From the NCBI RefSeq assembly GCF_021869535.1, contig NW_026262604.1, forward strand, positions 6,696,001 through 6,760,000: a stretch of DNA of 64,000 nt, read 5' to 3'. Below are positions 53,050 through 64,000 of the stretch, piece by piece. Positions within the stretch are counted from its first letter, which is position 1, and every line of letters begins with the position of its first letter. Origin of the DNA: Mytilus californianus (lineage: Eukaryota). Position numbers and translations under genes: made by a program. The notes below the pieces were generated by a model. It ran no database searches and had not been told where the DNA came from. It saw only the letters and a program-made list of their open reading frames with translations.

Positions 53050-55090
53050 ACTGTTGCACGAGACCCATAACACTTCCGTTATTGGTTCAAATCCAGCTAA
53101 GTTCAGATGGGTTGCAATTATTTTGCACAGTGCTAGCCATAGGCTATTCAAAACCGTGACAACTTATCCAAAGATGGGGAAAACGTACCATTTAAATGTA
53201 TTATATGCTAATAAGGGTTTGGATGCTATTAATATTAGAACATCTTTTTTCACAACAAATCTGTGCAGAAAACGACTTGAAAATAAAACTACACTAAACT
53301 TATTGTATCTAAAATTTTCAATCACAAAAAAGGTATTAGAGATCGTTACCCCCAAGGATGAAAAACCCTAGTCTTTCATTCTTTTTCATTGTTTCCATAC
53401 ATATATAGTCATCTGGTCATGTTATTACTGGAAACTTTGGCAGCGATAACAATGAACAAGTAAGAGAATTAACAGCAAAGACCCGAAATATTGAATTCCC
53501 CAATCTATCAACTGGAACAAGAACTTCAGTTACTAATGATGCAGTTGGGGACTATCCCAAAAAATTACCAAGGCACGAGCCATATGAACTAAACCTGAAC
53601 ACTTGTGTTATACGTTCAAAAGCGTATTCCAATTCTACGACGTACAATGAGACAACGGGTTTATATTCCTTTCAAGAAGTCAGAGGTTGTTGATGCTTTA
53701 TCTCTTAATTTTCTTTACGACAAATAAGTTTTTTTTCTAGCAGACAAAGCCTCTAAAAATATTGTTATTTGGATGTATAACTTAAGAACTCGGAATTCAT
53801 TGCAAAACTGGGATTTCAATGTAAAGCCTGACACTATTCACGAAAGAGGAGATTTTTCAAATCATAAACAATCCTTCTCTCATTTGGTATTAACATAGAA
53901 TCTTCAACCTCAATACTGGATAGCTAATTACACAAACATCTTTATAAAGAACTATCTATAGAAGAGTCGTCAAGATGTTGCAATCATTCTTTTTGCAGTA
54001 AAAGATTGCTCTAAGAAATATTGCGATGAGGTATATTCAACAAGCGGTGTCAATCAGAAGTGGATTCTTAAAATTCTAAAGATCTACTGAAAATCTTTTA
54101 TCCAATTCTAAACAACTTTGAAGTAATATTAAAAGCGTATAATTTTTCTATGCTTAAGGTTACTATTCCCCATGCACAATTAAAAGATGAAAAACATATC
54201 ATCTCATTGAAATAAGAGTTTTCTACACATGGAAATCGTATTAAATAATTTCTTGTTAAAGGTCATAAACAATCTTTGCGAAGGATCGCACGGATTGAAA
54301 AACCCAACCTATACACCGAAGATGATATCATCAAAATGTCGAACGTTTTGATCGGCAACATGTTTGTTGAGTTAAATGGATTAATATTTCAACAGACAGT
54401 CGACGGTATTACAATAGTTAATAATTGTGCAATCGACTGACATATTTGTTTTTATACTCATATGAAGCAGGTTTCAGGAATATGACAGTTGTTATCTATT
54501 CGTTTGATGTGTTTGAGCTTTCGGTTTTGCCATTTGATTAGGGACTTTCCGTTTTGATTTTCCTCGGAGTTCGGTATTTTTGTGATTTTACTTTTTTCAT
54601 ACAAAACATTCTTCGAAAATCAGCATCTAGCAAAGATTCAGATAAATTGATGATGTCCTATTACTCAATAAGATACATTTCAGTGGGTGCTTGCATCTTA
54701 TATATCCAAATGAACTTGAAATTAAGGATACAACTGCTACAAGAAGGTCTACAGCATATCTTGACCAGTGATATTGACACAAATCGACGATTTCCAACTA
54801 GAATATATTACAAACGGCATGATATAACTTTCTATTTGTCAACTTCTCATTTCTTATCAATAGCATACCCTCCTTTTGATCTATTAGTGTTTACACATTT
54901 AACGTTACGCCCCTGTATGTTCATGCTATATGGAGCTTTATTAGCAACAGTTTGCTCCTTACACAAAACCTGTTCCAAAAGAGTTATGAGGGAAAAAAAA
55001 AGACAATGCATAAGTTTTAAAGTCGCCTCATGACCAATATGCTATACCAGTTTCTCAATTCACTAGCGATATATTTTCGTAGTCTTATTT
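53050..55090 (+). pseudogene. Longer decayed Penelope-like retroelement ORF
   Basis: Fragments YANKGLDAINI, GHVITGN...EQVREL, the RT core region and RIYYKRHDITFYLS are collinear with the PLE-type polyprotein as recalled. Confidence 0.7.
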
Positions 55091-55702
55091 TATATCTATA
55101 TTTATATATAATTTCTTAGTAAGGACAATCCATCGCATTGCTAATTGAATTTTATATTAAGGGCACTCAACATTCATCTTTTGTGTGGACAAACAAAATT
55201 CTGGACTTTGATCGAAAACAAACAATTCTTTTCAATAACTTACAGACACAAGATTTTTTTAACTCAGTTTTTTCCCAAATTCTCACTTACCTTCTGAAAC
55301 TATTTTTTTCAATTAAATTCAGAATGAGATATATTATGATTTAGACATTACACCCCTCCACCTCACCAAACCAATAACGCAAAAAAAAAAAAAACAACAC
55401 ATGAATGGTCGGGGCCAAAGTAAAGTTAAGCTTAAGATGCCTCATTCAGTAGACAAAATGCATTACTAGGCACGCTATAAAAGTTTTTGTTAACATAATA
55501 CCAAAACAGTAAAATAGTAGGTTCTCATCCTGATTGCAAAATGTTGAAACATAGTTAACAGTTAACACATAAATCAGTAAATAAAACATTTTTTGAGATA
55601 ATGATTAATACGTATCATACCAGTTGTTATATTCCACGTTCATTCTTATGAAAAAGAGTACCAAATACTAAGTAATAGTATTCATTTTATTAATAAATTT
55701 AA

Positions 55703-56017
55703 TCAATAGAAAAGATCCCAATTATTATTCTGACAATTTATCACCGTGTCATTCGGATAAAAATGAGACAACCGACAGCGACTTTTAGCCGGTTTGTAGC
55801 CTACAGAAACACAGGATGTCGTCTGCATACATAATACAAAACAATCCACCATTGCAGTAACAATAATATCATGTGCACTGAAATCCTGCAAAATCTTACA
55901 TCTAGAAATATGACCGTCAAAGAGTTTTTCTTTTATGTTACCATGTATAGTCATTGCTGTAAAAATCAAAACAATTCCAAGTATGCGATTTATTTTTGAA
56001 TAATATGCTTGTTCCAT
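55703..56017 (-). CDS. Secreted single PAN/apple-domain protein, 6-Cys type A (copy A2), 104 aa
   Basis: Intact ORF with the same length as A1; 12 aa and about 21 nt differences (hand count); all six domain Cys are kept. Confidence 0.8.
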   Translation of the reverse strand: MEQAYYSKINRILGIVLIFTAMTIHGNIKEKLFDGHISRCKILQDFSAHDIIVTAMVDCFVLCMQTTSCVSVGYKPAKSRCRLSHFYPNDTVINCQNNNWDLFY

Positions 56018-57154
56018 GGCAATATCTTTGTATCACACTGATGATTTCTGCAATTTCATGCGAATTAAGACAGCTTTCATATTTACACATACATCTCGAA
56101 AAATGAAACTTAGCTCTTGATCTTTCCCGAATAAATACTAAATATAGAGTTTTTCAATACGAGAAACATTAGTATTCCATCTGAGCGTTGAAAAGTTTTC
56201 AGATATGAGAAAAATAGTAACTTCTGTAAATAATACGCCGCATTTTCACCATTCTTTAATTCTAATGTGTTTTTTTTAACATAATAATAAATTTGATACC
56301 ATCAGCAAATATTAGACTAAGTGATCATTGTTGGTTAACATGGCAAATATTTCATGCAAATTCAGGACAACATCAAACAAATAGTCCTCAAATTAATTAA
56401 ATGCAGATCGGCATTACGTTGCATTAAATTACGAAATTTTAATTGAAGTCCATTATCAGGAAATTCTTTGAAGATATAATTACACATTTGCATTTTTAGA
56501 TGATTTCATTAAGACTGTTCTGGCAATTAATATCTATTGTTGTAACTAAATAAGTGTCGTCAATATTTTAGAAAGGTTTCATCTAGAGATCTAATTTACT
56601 AAAGAATAAATGTTCTTCTTGGTCGTTGGTGTGAATGCTAAATATAATCGTTTTTCAATTTATGAGTTCTATTAAAGCTTTGTATCTTTTACCCTTTTTA
56701 GGATTTCAAATCTAAAAAAAAAAAATGGAGTTAATTTTATCCCTCTATAACATTTGGGATAGAGCTCGAATATAACGGCACAGCCCATGTAAAAATTTCA
56801 AACAAATGCATAAATTATCTCTAAATGAGCCATTCAGTTATATAATGTCAAGAGTCTAAAAATTGCTATGCAAAATTAATTATCCGAGGCTCTGACCTTA
56901 TGTCTTCTATCTTTCTTTAAGAAGATATTGACCAAACAGCTTGTGTTGGAGGAGCTGGATATCGTTGTAAAGTACTTGATTCGTGGTTATACGAGACTCC
57001 CCGAGAATCGTTTCGGGTTTAAAATACACAATTAATACTTTCTCACTACTCTTCCACTGAAACTGCGTATAATGGCTAACTTTTGTTTTATTCAAATATA
57101 ACATATAGAAAGGTAGAATATTAAAATAGTGTATGCCTCTCTAATGTTTGAATC

Positions 57155-57451
57155 TTAGTAAAAACTAATCCAGTTAATCCTCTGACGTAATTTTACATCC
57201 GGGTCATTAGGATGGAACGTCGAAAGTTGACAGCGCTTCCTGTTTGGTTTGTAGTTAACAGAAACACAAGAGGATGTTTGCATACAGTAAATGAAACAAT
57301 CATTCATATAGGATACAAATATTTTATGTGTTGTCATATTATTCCGTATTTTGTAACCAGAAATTCCGCTGAATATTTTCTCTTTCATTTCACAACTTGA
57401 CATTGGTATAGTTATCCCGAATATCAGTATCGTTCCCAACATCAACTTCAT
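57155..57451 (-). CDS. Secreted single PAN/apple-domain protein, 4-Cys type B (copy B2), 98 aa (in-frame upstream ATGs to 57478)
   Basis: Same length as B1 from MKLMLGTIL; 17 aa differences; the four core Cys are kept. Confidence 0.8.
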   Translation of the reverse strand: MKLMLGTILIFGITIPMSSCEMKEKIFSGISGYKIRNNMTTHKIFVSYMNDCFIYCMQTSSCVSVNYKPNRKRCQLSTFHPNDPDVKLRQRINWISFY

Positions 57452-60400
57452 ATTTTTAGGTTCATAATACTTCATCATTTATAAGCACTAAATATCCGTT
57501 CACTTGTACTTTTAAGGGAGTACATACACTTATACTAAGGAACTTGACTGATAAAAATCACTGATCAAGAAATATGTGCGTCAACCATTTAAAATCAATT
57601 TAAAGTTACTAATTTCAAAGTTACACAACTTGTTTAAATCATGCTTTTTATTAATACTTAAAAAGATACTGAGTAAAACAAATGTCGTCTTACCGATTCA
57701 CGGTAAACGTTGTTCATGCAATACAAAAAACATCCATTGAACACTTTAAATTGATTTGAACAATGCTATATATTTGAACCATTTACCCTTAGTATTCGTT
57801 TCGCGTATATTTGAAAGTTTAATAAATCCCGCCTGTATCAGACGCTTCTTTTACATTCATAGTTAATGTAGCGTAAATCCTTCCGAGTAAAAAACAATTT
57901 GTGTGAATATATGTTCATTGGAATTCAATAGCACGACCTTGGTGCCATCCATGTAAATACATCTTATTACAACATATTTTCATTAAGAATCAATTAAACT
58001 TCATCTTAATCTTATATTTTCTTAATTGATATTTACGGAATCAATTCAATGTTCAAACTGCAGTATTATAAGAATTTACACTAATACGCAACGTACGGTT
58101 GGTTTTCTTTTATGTTATTTAATACAATACAAAACTACTTACCCGGAAAAACACCGTCAAGTGTAAACTCAAGGGGTAGTAAATGCATGTATAATAGAAT
58201 CATCATTTCAATGAAGATACATTGGGTGAGTGGGATTATTCAAATATATAATATAAGTCATTAGTCGGTATAAATTTGATATGCAAAATAATCATCTCCT
58301 GCCATACATTCATTCATTTATTCACCCTGTAATTATAGATCCATTTTTAGTTGACTCCCTTAAAAGGGAGATAACTTTTTATTGACAATGGAGAACAAGC
58401 GGAAAGAGCAAAGTTATGTGTGCGTACTTATATTTAAAGTTTTGTTAATCTGAAAACTTACGATATCAGTAGTTATTTTTCACTAAAAATTGGTAAAAAC
58501 GCCGATAAATCACTTTCGAGTAATCATGCTTTGCGTGGACATAGGCACATTTTTCCGTTGTAAAACCAGTCTTCGATTACCAAAGAGGAAGTAATTGGTG
58601 TAAAGATTGTGTATCGGTATTTGGCAAATTGACTATTGTGCATTAAAGTTGCTTTAACCATGTCTTTTAGACTCTGTTGAATAGTTGTCTCATTGACATA
58701 TATTCATTCTTCCATATTTAGACAGATTAATATTGTCTTCTTTCTATTCATTATCCCATATGTCGACGTAGAAACATCTTCGGCTATGTATATATTCTCC
58801 AATGTGTGATCAAGGTTAACATCTTTTACTTATCCTGAATCATCCAATGTGTCGATTGGGTAAGACTCCTGCCTGCTATACATCTTTAAGGAATTGAATG
58901 GGGGATCCTTTAATTCTGTATTATTTATTTTAAGCCATTCTCTATTGTTTTATACAATTTGCTCATTATTCTCTATTCTTTACATTTTAGCACCCCATAA
59001 TACTCTACTCTCTATTTGTTTGCCTCTTTTCATATATTTACTAATCTTTTTTGTCCATTTTTTGTATAGTATTAGCATTTTATTCGCCATTCTGTAAACC
59101 CCATTCAGACCCTCGTCTATCATATAAAGGATGAATTTAATATATCACATTAAAAAACGCTATTCTTATTCATTACTGAATCGATCTAATGAGTGTAAGG
59201 AAGACCGATCTTTTTTCATATTTACTAACAAACGTGTGTGTAAGACTTGTAATATTGTTGCGCTCTGGTCATTGGCCTCATGTCAAGAACTAAAACTGGT
59301 AAAAAGTGTATTTTTCTAGTTGTGGCCTCCGTTCCACACTTCTCCATGCAGATGTCTCTGGATACACCTCGTACTGTATTTTTATTAAAGGAATGGTTTA
59401 CCTGAACTTAAATCTATTAAAAGATGCTATTTAATCGATGTATCATCTTCTTTTACATGCGCATTTTTTCAAATTTGTCTTTGTTCATCGCTACTTTCAC
59501 TTTTTGGCGCCATTTTTTATGTTGTGTATTTCTTGTGTACTACGTCGTTTGTGGGCGGAGCCAAAAGTATAAATAGCAAGTTTGCATGCACCGAGTAGGC
59601 TTTTCATCTCACATGCAGAACGTTCGCTGTTTCTAAATATTAGAAAACAATAATATTGCACCAAGCAAAATATTGTAAATGCTGTAAAATGACGCAGAAA
59701 CATATTAGTTTTGGACAGAAATTGGTAAATGTCTATTCCGAGACTTTATTAAAAAATTTTGATTCATTAATCGAAGGCTACTATAAAACTCCGTCGTCTG
59801 CCGTTTTGCACCAATCTGCGTTGTCGGTGTTTCTTTTTTGGCTAGCACCAATCATATTTGCTCGGTGCTACACCAAGTGAAATTAATTTGTGAAAAAGTA
59901 TTTTTATTCAAGAGAAAGCACCTAAATATTTACTTATTAGTCTTATATTTACCCTTATGAAATTATGAGGTCAACTATATATATAACCTGGACCAAGCAG
60001 GGTCCCAAATTATTTGCTGTGCACCAACTAGATTTGTTTGCACCGAGTGCTAACATGAACTACTTCTAAGCCTTTAGGGACAAATGCATCTATATTTATT
60101 ATAATATATATCTCTTTTCATGTGTATTATGAACCACTGTTTTTGTTGTATTGCATATTACTGAAGCAGAAAATAATACAATTTTTGAACTTCCATTATG
60201 ATTTTTATTTTTACTTCCTTCACCAGAGGCCCACATAAGTGACATGGGTATCCTGACTCGAAAACCCCGGAACGTTATAATATCTCCCTTGATACATTCT
60301 ATACACTCTTTTACCTAATGTAAGGGTTAATGTCATTCACCGTACGCATTATATGTGTATGTGAGCGTTATGTCCGTTAAAGCGCACACAACATGAACGT

Positions 60401-62356
60401 ACGACTTATCTCCTCTTGTACACAAACCAAGTATGAAATACTCATCTCTATTCTTACATAAGAGAATTGAGTCAAGTGTTATATCCCTTCATATTCATTA
60501 TACTACATGTAAAATTTATATCACTTTGCGTATATCTAAATACGCCGTTGTACATGCAACTCTGTATGTAAGAGTTGTATCTTTTTTCGGTACTAGTAAT
60601 ATATCATATAGTAAATCATAAACATTCCAAACAATAATGCATTACAAAATCTGCAATGATGTATACGAAGGCAGGTAAGTCCTAAATATACTAATTCTTA
60701 ATGGTTACTAATTTAACACTGTAATTAGATCTTTGAATATTGTTTTTTTCTTGTATACATATTGCATGTATTGATTATGTTTTCAGTCAATTAAAACCAT
60801 ACTTAATAGTATTGTTATAGACCTATGCACTTTCACGGTACTACAATTTGTCGATACTTATATTTCGGCATTGCACAAGGTCATATTTTTCTCTGACTCT
60901 TAATGACGTTTTTACACTAAATCCATTTGATGTTTGATATGTACTGACTGATATATTAGTCTTATATACATGATTTTTATTATTAGTTGTTATTGGCTAT
61001 GACTAGCTGTCAGTAACTGCGAGTACTCTCGGATCTGTACTTTGTGTCTTTTTTGTTGTTTGGGATGTATAAATACCCGTCCACGTCTGGTCTGTGTTTT
61101 TGTTAGATGTTTCTTTTTCATCGATCTGATGAGTTAAGCCTTTTTCAACTGATTTTTATAGTATGTTCTTATGTTGTGCTTTCAAAGGTTAGAGGATGGT
61201 TTGAGCGCTAACAAACATGTTTAACTCCGCCACATTTTTTATGTGCCTGTACCAAGTAAGGAGCCTGTAGTTCAGTGGTTGTCGTTGGTTCATGTCTGTC
61301 ATACTTGTTTTTCGTAAATTGTTTTGTTATAAATTATGCTGTTAGTTTTCTCAATTTTATAGCCGACTATACGATATGGGTTTTCCCAATTCTTGAAGAC
61401 CTTTCAATGGCCTATTGTTGCTTACATCCACCTCACTTGGGTGGATAGTTATCATATTGGTAATCATACCACATCTCCTTATTTTTATATAAGTTAATTA
61501 AAGGTGAACACCAAGAAAGACAAGTTTCATATACGCGTAAACACAGAACGAAGAGGCATATGGCTGACATATACACACCAAGTTAATGAGTCAGGAATTT
61601 CGTTAACATACATTACTAAAAAAATGTTTACAATTTAAAGTTTGACGTTTTCTTACTTGACATTACTCCCCCATTTTACTAAGATATTGTTTATAAAACT
61701 CGTAATTAAGATATAATTGTCATAAAGTTATAAGTCTTTTGAATAGACTTCTTTTCAAATCTAATCAACGCAAACCTGTAGTATGATCTCTGAATATTGC
61801 ATTTTTTGGTACCAACATTAATTTTATTTACCAAAGTAAATACACAACTAACATATATTTCCAACACCTTAAATCCTGCATCCTGTCGATACAAATATTG
61901 TCAATGCACTAGATCATGATGTTCGTAGACGGTTCATTACAACGTTACGCTAAATCCATTGGAGGTGTACTGATTGATGTTTTTTTTTCTTCTGCAAATA
62001 CTAAATCTTATTTCAAGTGGGCACATTGTGATGCATTATAAAATTGAGAATGGAAATGGGGAATGTGTCAAAGAGACAACAACCCGACCATAGAACAGAC
62101 AACAGCAGAAGGTTGGATATACAACATAAATCCAAATCAGATGACGAGATGGACATTCATGAATTATTCTCTTTTTCCAAATAATTCCTTAGATAATCAA
62201 AACAACAAAAAAAACATGAAAAGTAAGGATAACAAAATACACTGTGGATACTTCTTACAGTCACACTGATTTATTGGATCTATAGTAGACAGAGAAGAGA
62301 CTTTATCAAGCACGGCACACATTCAAGATTCTATAAACATCACTCCATACGAAATT

Positions 62357-62655
62357 TTAGTAGTAAATAGTCCATTTGTGTTTCTGATTTAATATGAATC
62401 CCGGGTCATAAGAATGGAACGTTGATCATTCACAGCGATTATTGAAAGGTTGGTAATTAACAGAAACACATGATGTTGTCTGCATACAATAAACTAAACA
62501 ATCCTCTATCATAGATACATCTGGTTCATTTATTGTTAAAACGCCCGAATTTTAAAATCAGAATCAAAACTTTTGAATATTTTCTCTTTTGTTTCACAAC
62601 AAGCCATCATGAGGATAGTCCAAAAAATCATTATAGTTCCGAATATCAAGTTCAT
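62357..62655 (-). pseudogene. Fifth PAN/apple mini-protein gene (4-Cys type, copy C), disrupted
   Basis: MNLIFGTIMIFWTILMMACCETKEKIFKSFDSDFKIR, then a 1-nt frameshift (~62545), then GVLTINEPDVSMIEDCLVYCMQTTSCVSVNYQPFNNRCE*STFHSYDPGFILNQKHKWTIYY*; TGA at 62426-62428. Confidence 0.8.
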
Positions 62656-64000
62656 ATTGGTTAACTTGTAGTTTATCTAATTCAATAAAATCACAAATCT
62701 TAAAACAAATTTATAATATTTTCTTACAGTATTCCTTTTACCTACTTTTGATTATTCTTTCCTATAATTTCACATGCACCTGGCCTACAACGTTTTAATC
62801 CTGGTATCTATGGTGAGTTTTCTCTATATGACCTTCGTCACATATATGTCAACATGATAAAACAACATATTTTCACATTGAGGCAATTAGATTAAATTTC
62901 AATTCAATATAATATTAAAGTCTTAATTAATATTTTCTGAAAAAATTAATATTTGAATAGTCTACATTTAAAATCAAGGGTGCTTTGTTTTTTCGTTTTG
63001 TTTGGTTTTAGACAAGTAAATATATACAGGATCATACAGGTCGACAAAATCAATTAAGGATAAGCTAAATAGAAAATTAACGCATAACTCACGTACTCGT
63101 GCTTCAAAAGAAGGTCAAAAGTTCGAATATAATATAAGCTGAAAGCCATTTATTAATTAGATATCTTTTTTATTTCATAAATTTTCCATTCTGACACTTG
63201 TCTTGCCGGAGTCTTTGCATTCTATCATAAGAATTCATATTAGGAATTTTCAATAAGAATGAAATAAAGAGCACCTAAATAAAGAGGCAAATTATACCAA
63301 TATGGACAATGCAAACTGTTTTATTGATGAGAAACCAATAAAACCAAGGCGAATGACCACCAATGAAGCATCCTTCGGGCGCCTAGGGGAGCGGGAACTA
63401 CTATCCATTGTGAGCATCTGTGTATCCCCTGTTTTATAAGTGATGTTGCTCAGACAGTTTTTTTCGTGAATTTTTTGGAATTTTGCCATAAGAATGATTT
63501 CTAGGGCCCTTGAAAAAAAGAGGAGGAAGATACCAAATTTGTTTGTCAAAGAGAAACCGGTAAAATCAAAGGAAAAACTAGAAATTGCTGCTCGGACTTT
63601 TTTGTTGTGGACTGTTTAGTTGACAGTTATTTGACTGTTCGTCTTTTTTTTGTCTGTTATGGTGTATTTGTCATTCTTTAACTTTTTTGATCAATAGTTT
63701 TTGATTGATGCTATAACAGCATGAGTTCTTTCTCTTTTGTCCCAAGTTGGAGGTCAACGTGCTCAAATCCATTAGAAATTCACCGCTAGAAAAAGTTGTT
63801 TCTTGAACAATTTTAAATTCTTTAAGTCTTAATTAATTCATCAAAACGATCAACAAATGATCAAGTATTACTATCGATCTTATCGGACTTTTGTTAGTCA
63901 AATAGGAAAATCAATCAGTTAAACCTCAAACATAACGACCAAGGGAAATACCTCAAACTAAACTTACATCATAACTTAAATCTATATAGTGCCTTTAAAA

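Larger units (their letters stand above)
45420..58870. repeat. Segmental duplicate of ~20250-42740 (same orientation)
   Basis: Collinear anchors: 23330-23650/48040-48340, 26330-27480/49625-50600, 35520-36620/53700-55090, 37010-38870/55140-56830, 40990-42740/57070-58870. Confidence 0.9.

Noticed and set aside
63130-63549. Possible exon remnant or ORF near the window end
   Set aside because: No splice-consistent frame or recognisable domain.

Overview
This is AT-rich eukaryotic (intron-containing) genomic DNA. The repeat landscape looks molluscan, most likely a Mytilus-like bivalve; this is inferred from recognised repeats, not from a search. (1) 2.2-8.4 kb, + strand: the last four coding exons of the spliceosomal WD40 gene SMU1. 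(2) About 14-23 kb, - strand: at least eight phase-1/phase-1 exons encoding a strictly alternating (FN3-CUB-like)x4 extracellular protein. Two of these exons are missing from the ORF track, and the first and last exons could not be resolved. (3) 37-63 kb, - strand: five single-coding-exon genes for ~100-aa secreted proteins consisting only of a signal peptide and one PAN/apple-like domain. Four are intact and one is a pseudogene. They fall into a 6-Cys and a 4-Cys subtype, arranged as an A+B pair that was duplicated in a large segmental duplication (~20-43 kb vs ~45-59 kb), which also carries decayed FN3/CUB exon copies. (4) The rest is dense with mobile DNA: Helentron-type HINEs with internal tandem arrays, SINEs, MITEs, Penelope-like retroelement remnants with minimal hammerhead ribozyme motifs, and a decayed DDE-transposase-like ORF. 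Most short ORFs in the supplied track are spurious. All alignments, counts and coordinates were done by hand.
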